Positions 56,179 through 64,000 of a stretch of 64,000 nucleotides of DNA are shown piece by piece. A program made the translations under genes and the position numbers. The notes under the pieces were generated by a model, which had not been told where the DNA came from, did no database searches, and saw only the letters and a list, made by a program, of their open reading frames with translations. The DNA comes from a virus, in the IMG/VR virus record IMGVR_UViG_3300025108_000015, positions 1 to 64,000 of that record; one strand, 5' to 3'. Positions within the stretch are counted from its first letter, which is position 1, and each line of letters begins with the position of its first letter.

Positions 56179-57038
56179 AAAACTTTGCATTGATAGGTGC
56201 TGCTGGGTATATAGCACCACGACACGTTGAAGCCATAAAGCACACTGGTAATAATTTGTCTGCTATTCTTGACCCATATGATGGTGTTGGGTACATAGAC
56301 AAATACTTCCCAACTGCATCTTATTTTAAAGAAGCAGAACGATTTGACCGGCACTTATTTAGACACCGTGGTGAGTTTGACTATGTTTCAATATGCTCCC
56401 CAAACTACTTACACGATGCACATATGAGGTTATCTCTTAGAAATGGGTGTGATGTAATTTGTGAAAAACCATTGGTACTTAAACTTGAACACCTTGATGC
56501 ATTGAGGAGTTTGGAGAATGAAACAGGTAATACAATAAACACCATTCTTCAACTTAGATATCACGATTCGATTATAGCTTTAAGAGAAAAGTTTAAAAAC
56601 ACAAATAAAGTTCATAATGTGGTTTTAGACTATATCACACCAAGAGGTACTTGGTATAACTACTCTTGGAAAGGTGACCATGATAAATCAGGTGGAGTTG
56701 CATCAAACATTGGTGTACACTTCTTTGATATGTTGAGTTGGGTATTTGGTGAGGTAGAATCCTTTGAAGTAGAAAATGGTGAACTGTACTCACGTGGTAC
56801 TATAAAACTAAAAAACGCTGAGGTAAAATATAATCTAAGTATTGATTCAAATGATTTACCCTGGTCCGATTGGAAACCATATAGATGTATAACAGTCGAT
56901 GGTGATGAATTAGAATTTTCAGAGGGCTTTACTGAGTTACACAATAAGAGTTATGAACAAATCTTATTGGGGAATGGTTATGGGTTGAGTGATATTGAAC
57001 CCACTATAAAATTAATAGAAAGTGTAAGAAATGCATAA
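56175..57038 (+). CDS. wbpB: Gfo/Idh/MocA oxidoreductase, WbpB/WlbA-like UDP-GlcNAcA 3-dehydrogenase
   Basis: MKNFALIGAAGYIAPRH, SICSPNYLHDAH, CEKPL, QLRYH, SWKG...SGG...NIGVHFFDML. Confidence 0.82.
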   Translation: MKNFALIGAAGYIAPRHVEAIKHTGNNLSAILDPYDGVGYIDKYFPTASYFKEAERFDRHLFRHRGEFDYVSICSPNYLHDAHMRLSLRNGCDVICEKPLVLKLEHLDALRSLENETGNTINTILQLRYHDSIIALREKFKNTNKVHNVVLDYITPRGTWYNYSWKGDHDKSGGVASNIGVHFFDMLSWVFGEVESFEVENGELYSRGTIKLKNAEVKYNLSIDSNDLPWSDWKPYRCITVDGDELEFSEGFTELHNKSYEQILLGNGYGLSDIEPTIKLIESVRNA

Positions 57039-57993
57039 GAATATTATCATATACACGTCATCCCATAACAACTATGATATGTTGAAGGGTGAAGTTCTTA
57101 AAATAGATTTTGAGGGGTTTGAGTTTATAAATGTTGATGATGCATCAACGGATTCTGAGATACAAAAGGGTAAGAAAATTTGTAAAGATAATGATGTAAC
57201 ATACTTACAAAATAAGGGTAGAGGTGTACAAATGGCAACTCAAACTCTAATTGACTTTATAAATGAAAATAGAGCTGATTGTAAATATATTATTTGTTTA
57301 CAACACGATGTGAAACCCATAACTAATGGGTTCTTTAAAAAACTATCAACTTACATTTCAGATGGTAAATTAGATGAATTTGGCGCTATTGGGTTTAATG
57401 TAATTGATAGGGGTAAGTATACTGGAAACTCGTATGAGTTGTTTAAAAAGGGTACATATGGTCTTGGTATGATTGGGTTAGCACATTTATCGGTAGCTAA
57501 CGAATCAAAAAGATGGATGAGCCCACATCATAACTCAGAATCTTTAAAAAGAAATAAAGAAAAGTGGTCTAACCCATTCATTATAGAATTTCCCGCTTGG
57601 ATGGTAGTGGGTATAAATGTTAATATTTGGAACAAAGTTGTAACTCCAACTGAAGATTATCAATTCCACCTATGGTTTCCAGATGTTGCAATGCAACTAA
57701 ATCGGTCTAATCACCCACTCTTGGTCATACCATCCTTATATTGTTTAAATCAACAAGAGGTGAAATCAAAGTATGGGATAAGTGAAAACTCCGCCCATGG
57801 TGCCAACCGAGGGGAAGTACATCACTTCGGAAAATCCTCTAACTTCAAAGCATGGAAACGAAGATGGGGTTGGGAATACACAAACGCAAAAAATACATTC
57901 AAATCAGTAGCCGAACAATATAAAGGAACATTATTGTATGAGTATTACAAACATAATAATAATAACGGACCATTAAAAAACTACGACTTATGA
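57031..57993 (+). CDS. GT2-like glycosyltransferase
   Basis: FINVDDAST, NKGRG, CLQHD, WFPD. Confidence 0.65.
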   Translation: MHKNIIIYTSSHNNYDMLKGEVLKIDFEGFEFINVDDASTDSEIQKGKKICKDNDVTYLQNKGRGVQMATQTLIDFINENRADCKYIICLQHDVKPITNGFFKKLSTYISDGKLDEFGAIGFNVIDRGKYTGNSYELFKKGTYGLGMIGLAHLSVANESKRWMSPHHNSESLKRNKEKWSNPFIIEFPAWMVVGINVNIWNKVVTPTEDYQFHLWFPDVAMQLNRSNHPLLVIPSLYCLNQQEVKSKYGISENSAHGANRGEVHHFGKSSNFKAWKRRWGWEYTNAKNTFKSVAEQYKGTLLYEYYKHNNNNGPLKNYDL

Positions 57994-58955
57994 GAATCAT
58001 AGTAACAGGAGCAGCGGGCCTAATTGGGAGTCACCTTACTGACCATTTAATTTTAGAGGGGCATGATGTAATTGCAGTAGATAACTTATCATTTGGTAAT
58101 CCTAAAAATTGTAATTTCACCCTATATAACATAGATTTAACAACTGAAAATTGTCTTGATAAATTTAAGGAGGTTGATATAGTTTGTCATCTGGCTGCAT
58201 ATAAAAAAGCGCCTAAAAATTCAATAGCATCATCTGATGTTATGAAAGTTAATTTCAAGATGATGGATAATATTCTCGAATATTGTAGTAAGACAAACGC
58301 TAAGTTGATGTTTACATCCACTTCAGACATCTATGGTAACTCAGATACTTTTACCGAAGATGAACCAATCACTATTGGACCACCTAATGTCGAGAGATAT
58401 TCATATGCATTGTCAAAATTACACGATGAGCAACTGGTACTTAATATGATATCTGAAAATAGACTTCATGCATCAATCGCTAGAATCTTTGGATGTGCTT
58501 CACCCCGTTCAAATAAAGGGTGGTCAGGTGGGCATATACCATTGTTTGTAGATAAAGCTATAAAAAATGAAGATATAGTTATACACGGAGATGGGTCTCA
58601 AACAAGAAGTATGTCCCACGCATTAGATATTGTAAATGGATTAGTATCTATGGTAGATAATATAGATGAACTGAATGGTGAGATTTATAACTTAGGTACT
58701 GATGAGGAAATGTCCGTAAAGAAGTCTGCTGAGTTAATAATAGAAAAAACCAATTCTAAATCTAATATTATATTCCAACCGAAAACTGAAGCATTTGGTA
58801 ATTATAGGGAGATTACTCGTAGATTCGCAAATACGAAGAAAGCCAGAGATAAATTTGGATATGAGGTAAACTATACGTCTACACAAGTTATAGATGAAAT
58901 AATAAAAAGTTTTACAAATGAAAATAGCAGTAATAACACCAGTAAAACACCTTGA
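57990..58955 (+). CDS. NAD-dependent epimerase/dehydratase
   Basis: TGAAGLIGSHL, HLAA, STSDIYG, YALSK, GDGSQTRS. Confidence 0.92.
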   Translation: MRIIVTGAAGLIGSHLTDHLILEGHDVIAVDNLSFGNPKNCNFTLYNIDLTTENCLDKFKEVDIVCHLAAYKKAPKNSIASSDVMKVNFKMMDNILEYCSKTNAKLMFTSTSDIYGNSDTFTEDEPITIGPPNVERYSYALSKLHDEQLVLNMISENRLHASIARIFGCASPRSNKGWSGGHIPLFVDKAIKNEDIVIHGDGSQTRSMSHALDIVNGLVSMVDNIDELNGEIYNLGTDEEMSVKKSAELIIEKTNSKSNIIFQPKTEAFGNYREITRRFANTKKARDKFGYEVNYTSTQVIDEIIKSFTNENSSNNTSKTP

Positions 58956-59835
58956 TGGGGTATATGAACTACTTCAGACAAAGGGTGAGGTTTACTTGTT
59001 AGAGAATGGTACACGGCACCAAGTTAGTGAACTATTACTTAACAACCCAATTGATACTATCTTTTGTAACCCAAATCAACAAAGTTACAAAATAGATAAA
59101 GACTTGTTGTGGGGTACTGATGTTCGTATTATCAATACCGCATCCACTGGACTAAATCACATTGACTTAGACTATTGTAAATCGGTGGGTATTGAAATCC
59201 AATGTCACAAAAATGACTTTGAGTTAATTAATCAACTACCATCTACTTCCGAGTTAGCATTTGGGTTACTTCTCGACTTGATGAGAAATATCACAATTTC
59301 AAACAATGTGACCAAACGAGATAAAAGCTGGGACTACCTACCATTCGTAGGTCAGCAAATGAAAGACTATAAAGTTGGTATCGTTGGGTATGGTAGATTG
59401 GGTAAGATGATGGCCAAGTTTTGTAGAGCATTTGATGCTGAGGTTTACATCTACGACCCATATTCAGATGAATCTAACATTGAGACATTGGAAGAGTTGT
59501 TTGATATATGTGATGCAGTATCGCTCCACGTTCACGTTACGGATGAAACACGACATATGATTGATTATGATTTACTTTCACGTGGTGTTAAGTTCTTGGT
59601 AAATACATCTCGTGGTGAGATTGTAAATGAAACTGATATCATAAAGGCACTACACGAGTGTAAGTTGTGGGGGTATGGTACTGATGTTATAGAAAATGAG
59701 TTTGGTGACCCATCTAAATCACCATTCTTTAATTTGGAAAATTCAAAATTAAATTGTATATTTACACCACATACAGGAGGAATGACCATACAAGGTCAGA
59801 CCAAAGCATATAAATGGAGTATAGATAAATTATGA
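58918..59835 (+). CDS. D-isomer-specific 2-hydroxyacid dehydrogenase
   Basis: GIVGYGRLG, VSLHV, LVNTSRGEIV, TDVIENE, TPHTGG. Confidence 0.88.
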   Translation: MKIAVITPVKHLDGVYELLQTKGEVYLLENGTRHQVSELLLNNPIDTIFCNPNQQSYKIDKDLLWGTDVRIINTASTGLNHIDLDYCKSVGIEIQCHKNDFELINQLPSTSELAFGLLLDLMRNITISNNVTKRDKSWDYLPFVGQQMKDYKVGIVGYGRLGKMMAKFCRAFDAEVYIYDPYSDESNIETLEELFDICDAVSLHVHVTDETRHMIDYDLLSRGVKFLVNTSRGEIVNETDIIKALHECKLWGYGTDVIENEFGDPSKSPFFNLENSKLNCIFTPHTGGMTIQGQTKAYKWSIDKL

Positions 59836-60374
59836 GAGTACTAGCAATAATTCCAGCAAAGCTGGATTCTAAAAGACTAAAACACAAGAACATTAGAGAG
59901 ATTGATGGTAAACCCATGTTCCTACATTCAGTTGATTATGCAAACGCAAGTCAATACCATGTAGAGGTTATCGTATCATCTGAGAGTGATGTTGTTGGAG
60001 AGATTTGTAATCAACACGAAGTAAGATTCCACAAAAGGACTGCTGAGTTGTGTGGTGATGTTGAGGTTGTGGATGTATATGAATATGTAATCAGTCAGAT
60101 TAAACACGAAGAGTATGACCTTGTGGTTGGATTACAACCCGATAATCCAAATAGGTCACATACTTTGGATGAGTGTATTGACTATATGATTGAGAATAAT
60201 TATGATGACTTGATTACAGTAAATCCATCTTACAAGAGAAGTGGTTCAGTTCGTATATTTAAATACGACTATCTAAAAGCAGGTAAAGTCAGTAAAAGAC
60301 TTGGGTGTATCAAAGATGATGCAACCGATATACACTATGAATCTGACTTGGAAAGTGTAAAAAATAATTTATGA
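59832..60374 (+). CDS. neuA: Acylneuraminate cytidylyltransferase-like protein (short)
   Basis: LAIIPAKLDSKRLKHKNIR.I.GKP, VSSES, LQPDNPNR. Confidence 0.78.
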   Translation: MRVLAIIPAKLDSKRLKHKNIREIDGKPMFLHSVDYANASQYHVEVIVSSESDVVGEICNQHEVRFHKRTAELCGDVEVVDVYEYVISQIKHEEYDLVVGLQPDNPNRSHTLDECIDYMIENNYDDLITVNPSYKRSGSVRIFKYDYLKAGKVSKRLGCIKDDATDIHYESDLESVKNNL

Positions 60375-60964
60375 AGACAGTCAATAACAGAGCAGCTTTA
60401 AAGAACAAAGCAGATGGGGAAATCAAAAAATTAAAAGAGTTCTGGATTTCATCTGAGATTCCTCTAATTTGCGACTTAGGGAGTAATATAGGATACTATA
60501 CTGAAAGCTTTATCAATCATTTCTCAGAAAGCACAATACATGCTTACGAACCCCACCCGTACAATATTGAAAAGTTTAAAACTTTCGTCAAATCAGATAA
60601 AGTTATTCTTCACGAATACGGATTATTTAATAAGGACACCGAATTGATAATAGGCTTACCAAATCATGCTAAAGATAACAATGGGTGTTATAGTATAAAG
60701 CATACACATAACGGAATAAAGGTCAAATTAAGAAAAGCAGATAAACAAGAGATTCGACCCGATATTGTAAAAATTGATGTAGAAGGAGCAGAACCTCAAA
60801 TATTAGAGTGTGCGGAGTTTTTTAAAAATACTAAACTGATACTTATCGAGATGTTATACAAAGATGATATGAATATAAACGAAGAAATCTCAGAAAGGTT
60901 ATTAGAATTAGGGTACACATATAAATTAAATACAAGTAAAAATAATCAGTTATGGTTAAAGTAA
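60371..60964 (+). CDS. FkbM-family methyltransferase
   Basis: DLGSNIGYYT, AYEP.P.N, VKIDVEGAE. Confidence 0.9.
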   Translation: MKTVNNRAALKNKADGEIKKLKEFWISSEIPLICDLGSNIGYYTESFINHFSESTIHAYEPHPYNIEKFKTFVKSDKVILHEYGLFNKDTELIIGLPNHAKDNNGCYSIKHTHNGIKVKLRKADKQEIRPDIVKIDVEGAEPQILECAEFFKNTKLILIEMLYKDDMNINEEISERLLELGYTYKLNTSKNNQLWLK

Positions 60965-61752
60965 TAGCAGAAATAGGTTGGAATCATTGTGGCGATATGG
61001 AACTCGCCAAAGAGATGATTCTATCGGCAAAGGAAAGTGGTGCAACTTACGCAAAGTTTCAAAGTTGGTCAGTTAGTAGACTCAAGCCAGGTGCTTGGGA
61101 TGAAGATGGCCGTAGAGAGATTTATGAGAAAGCAGAACTTACAAGGGAAAGACACATTGAACTAATCAACTATTGTAATGAAGTGGGTATCACTTTTATG
61201 TCAAGTGTATTCAGTATCAAAGATGCAGAACTTCTTGTTGAATTGGGTGTTGAAGATGTGAAGATTCCAAGTTTTGAATCTCGTAATCACGAACTTATCA
61301 AGTATTGTGATGAAAACTTCAAAACAATCTTTATGTCAACTGGGACATCTACCTTTGATGAGATTAAAGAAAGTGTAAACTTAATCAAGATTGCAGACCT
61401 TTATTTATTACATTGTGTATCTACTTACCCTTGTAATCCATCAATGTCAAATATTAATCGAATGAATCGACTAAAGACACTACATATGCCAGTTGGGTAT
61501 TCAGACCATATTCAAGGTGTAGAGTCGGCAAAGGTTGCGATTGGTGAGGGTGCAATGGCTATTGAAAAGCACTTTACTACCGACAATGACTTGCCGGGTC
61601 GTGATAACAAATTCGCAGTACTACCTCATCAAATGAAGGACTTGACTGACCATATCACGATGAGAGAGGAGATGTTTATTCAACACGGGAATGATTTCCA
61701 AGATAGTGAATTGGATTCGAGAAACAACTATACAGGAAGATTCGATGGTTAG
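60952..61752 (+). CDS. neuB: N-acetylneuraminate (nonulosonate) synthase
   Basis: IAEIGWNHCGD, AKFQ, KIPSFE, MSTG, LHCVSTYP, GYSDH, IEKHFT; lacks the C-terminal antifreeze-like domain. Confidence 0.92.
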   Translation: MVKVIAEIGWNHCGDMELAKEMILSAKESGATYAKFQSWSVSRLKPGAWDEDGRREIYEKAELTRERHIELINYCNEVGITFMSSVFSIKDAELLVELGVEDVKIPSFESRNHELIKYCDENFKTIFMSTGTSTFDEIKESVNLIKIADLYLLHCVSTYPCNPSMSNINRMNRLKTLHMPVGYSDHIQGVESAKVAIGEGAMAIEKHFTTDNDLPGRDNKFAVLPHQMKDLTDHITMREEMFIQHGNDFQDSELDSRNNYTGRFDG

Positions 61753-62383
61753 TGTTATAATTAGAAATCACAATGAACACGAGTACATCGGGTTCTCAAT
61801 TCAATCAGTGTTGGAGTATATACCTGATGCTGAGATATTGATAATAGATGACCACTCTACCGATGACTCATTGGGTGTTGTTAAGTTGTTTAACAATAGA
61901 GGTGACATCAAGGTGACTACTATTGATGACTACACTCCTGGTAAAGCAATAAATCTTGGTGTAAAACTCGCTAAGTATGAAACGATTTTAGTATTGTCAG
62001 CACATTCTCAGATTACGAAGATGAATTTGGGTTATGTTCAAACCAAACTAAAGTACTACTCGGCGGTATTTGGAAACCAAACTCCAATTTATAGAGGTAA
62101 AAAAATTACTAAGAGATACATATGGTCTCATTTCGGAACTGATGAAGAGGTGGATAATATGCATTCTACTATTGAAGATAGACCATTCTTACACAATGCA
62201 TTTTGCTTTTACAATAAAAAAGATTTGGTTAAGAATCCATTTGATGAATCTATTCCAGGAAAAGAAGATAGGTATTGGGCAATTGAGATTTTAGAAGAAG
62301 GTAAAAACTATTTATATACACCAAGTATCGAAGTAAATCACTACTATACTGGTAATGGCGCGACTTGGAAAGGATTAGGATAA
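61745..62383 (+). CDS. GT2 family glycosyltransferase
   Basis: VSVIIRNHNE, IIDDHSTD, G.AINLG, EDRYWA. Start set at ATG 61745. Confidence 0.85.
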   Translation: MVSVIIRNHNEHEYIGFSIQSVLEYIPDAEILIIDDHSTDDSLGVVKLFNNRGDIKVTTIDDYTPGKAINLGVKLAKYETILVLSAHSQITKMNLGYVQTKLKYYSAVFGNQTPIYRGKKITKRYIWSHFGTDEEVDNMHSTIEDRPFLHNAFCFYNKKDLVKNPFDESIPGKEDRYWAIEILEEGKNYLYTPSIEVNHYYTGNGATWKGLG

Positions 62384-63081
62384 TGTATAATAGAACGAAC
62401 AAAGTATATGATGTGGTGGTGTGTACAACCGCAGTAGATAGGATTGATTTACATGAGATGGTATTTCCAAAGTACATTGAGTTCCTATCGGGATTAAATG
62501 TATATTGGATGTTTACTATGAATGATATATGGAATAGTGCTGATACATCTATTCAATATCTCATATCACTGCTCAAGCAAAATAATATAGATTATAATTT
62601 CAGTTGTCACGGGTTTGGTGGAACTCAGTATGACTTTTACAAATCCGCACACTATTTGGTAAATAATGTTTCTAATATGAATCCTAAATATGGTGTAGTT
62701 TGGTTAGAAGATGATTGGTTACTTACAAAAGAAGATAAAAAACTAAAACCTATATTAGAATCTTTTAATTTTGGTGAGAATGACTACATTGGATTAGCAG
62801 CAAATAAGTTTATGAGTTTTAATCCTGGTGTATTTGGTATGGGGATTATAAATAAAATAATGTTGAAAAACATAAACAATATGGAAGGTGTATATGGACC
62901 ATCAATTGATGATTTTGGGAAGGGTAATCCTGAAAGAGCAAGTTTGTATGGACCAACAAGGCAACCATCCTCGCTAAAATGTCCAGGTAAACATCATCAC
63001 CGACCTTACTTTAAGGATATCGGTAGGAGTTGGGTTTCTCGTAATAAATTAAAAGAAAGAACTTTTAAACAAAATTTATAA
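62383..63081 (+). CDS. Hypothetical protein, possibly a GT-A fold transferase
   Basis: VVVCTTAVDR, VVWLEDDW. Start set at ATG 62383, overlapping the upstream TAA. Confidence 0.45.
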   Translation: MYNRTNKVYDVVVCTTAVDRIDLHEMVFPKYIEFLSGLNVYWMFTMNDIWNSADTSIQYLISLLKQNNIDYNFSCHGFGGTQYDFYKSAHYLVNNVSNMNPKYGVVWLEDDWLLTKEDKKLKPILESFNFGENDYIGLAANKFMSFNPGVFGMGIINKIMLKNINNMEGVYGPSIDDFGKGNPERASLYGPTRQPSSLKCPGKHHHRPYFKDIGRSWVSRNKLKERTFKQNL

Positions 63082-63947
63082 TGAAAATATTAGTTACAGG
63101 TGGTGCAGGTTTTGTAGGAACAAACCTCATCAAAAGATTATTGAAAGATGGACACAATGTAGTATCTATCGACAATTATTATACTGGTAATGTACAAAAT
63201 CATCAAAAAGGATGTAAGTATCTAAACCACGACCTCAGAAACATTACTGAGTTTATGGATGTTGATGTTGTATTTCACTTGGCAGCGATTGCCCGTATCC
63301 AACCATCATTCAAATTACCCAAAGAATATTTTACTACCAATGCAAATGGAACTCTGAATTTGGTAGATTGGTGTGCTAATAATAACGTACCAATCATATA
63401 CGCTGGTTCATCATCAAAACATAGTGGTAGATTTAAGAATCCATATACATTCTCAAAAGATGTGGGTGAAGACATCATTTCACTTTATCAGAAACATTAT
63501 GAGTTGAAATCATCAATTACACGATTTTACAATGTATATGGACCACATCATCTAAAAGATGGTGGGTATTGTACTTTAATTGGTAAATGGGAAAAGGCAA
63601 TTGAAGATGGTAAGTCGCTTACTATTTTTGGTGATGGTACTAAACGTAGAGACTTTACTCATATTGACGATATCGTAGACGCATTAGTAAAGATTATGGA
63701 ACAAGGGGCATATGGGTATGACTTTGAACTTGGTAGAGGTAAAAACTACTCTGTTAAAGACATAGCAGATATGTTCAACTATGATGATATTGTTTATGAA
63801 GATGATAAGCCAGGTGAAGCATTGGTAACTCTTTGTGAAGATACACTCGCTAATGAAATACTTGGTTGGATACCAACTAAGGATATAGATAATTACATAA
63901 CAAGTTATATAAATGAAAAAGAACATAATATTCATACCGGCAATTGA
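63081..63947 (+). CDS. NAD-dependent epimerase/dehydratase
   Basis: TGGAGFVG, HLAA, NPYTFSK, RFYNVYG, GDGTKRRDFTHIDD. Confidence 0.92.
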   Translation: MKILVTGGAGFVGTNLIKRLLKDGHNVVSIDNYYTGNVQNHQKGCKYLNHDLRNITEFMDVDVVFHLAAIARIQPSFKLPKEYFTTNANGTLNLVDWCANNNVPIIYAGSSSKHSGRFKNPYTFSKDVGEDIISLYQKHYELKSSITRFYNVYGPHHLKDGGYCTLIGKWEKAIEDGKSLTIFGDGTKRRDFTHIDDIVDALVKIMEQGAYGYDFELGRGKNYSVKDIADMFNYDDIVYEDDKPGEALVTLCEDTLANEILGWIPTKDIDNYITSYINEKEHNIHTGN

Positions 63948-64000
63948 TGCAGGTCGTGGAAGGCACCACGCATACAATTACAGTATTCAATCTTGGCAGA
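63913..64000 (+). CDS. Next gene of the glycan island, 3'-truncated
   Basis: ATG 63913 overlaps the previous gene: MKKNIIFIPAIDAGRGRHHAYNYSIQSWQ, running off the window. Confidence 0.5.
   Translation, partial: MKKNIIFIPAIDAGRGRHHAYNYSIQSWQ

Noticed and set aside
1951-63977. The many minus-strand and nested short ORFs in the track (e.g. 7652-7936, 14344-14649, 16669-17103, 34684-35007, 54535-54828)
   Set aside because: All lie antisense to or inside well-supported + strand genes, have no recognisable motifs, and lack their own promoter or RBS.
1-64000. Stop-codon reassignment as in some large Bacteroidota phages
   Set aside because: Conserved genes are full length under the standard code, and TAG ends genes at sensible positions (e.g. 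21006, 23106, 28515).
1-64000. tRNA/rRNA genes, integrase, transposase, introns or inteins
   Set aside because: No intergenic gap shows a cloverleaf, and PolB, NrdA/B, RecA and helicase are of normal length and uninterrupted.

Overview
An AT-rich, almost entirely + strand, densely coding 64 kb segment of a large T4-like myovirus, probably uncultured. A Bacteroidota-type host is inferred from the promoter motif only. Layout: (i) 1-3.4 kb, the 3' end of a Lys-rich collagen-like fibre gene, then a 2OG-Fe(II) oxygenase and a GT4 glycosyltransferase fused to a domain closely resembling animal procollagen lysyl hydroxylase (PLOD/LH3); (ii) 3.4-18.6 kb, neck, tail sheath, tube, tail chaperone, tape measure and baseplate genes; (iii) 18.6-46 kb, replication and nucleotide metabolism (PolA-like and PolB, SSB, RecA/UvsX, 5'-3' exonuclease, helicase, NrdAB, clamp and clamp loader) interleaved with candidate DNA-modification genes (two Mom-like, DUF4338-like, a GT-B protein, DUF1599-like); (iv) 46-64 kb, an uninterrupted glycan biosynthesis island (carbamoyltransferase, many glycosyltransferases, Wbp-like and NeuA/NeuB-like enzymes). 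Top finding: an apparently self-contained phage system for collagen lysyl hydroxylation and glycosylation. Other notable items: a probable +1/-2 frameshift in the tail chaperone, a fixed-spacing promoter family with an upstream TTAACA-N5-TTAACA box, and a three-hairpin element after nrdA. All family assignments come from motif recognition and recalled sequences; no database search was run.
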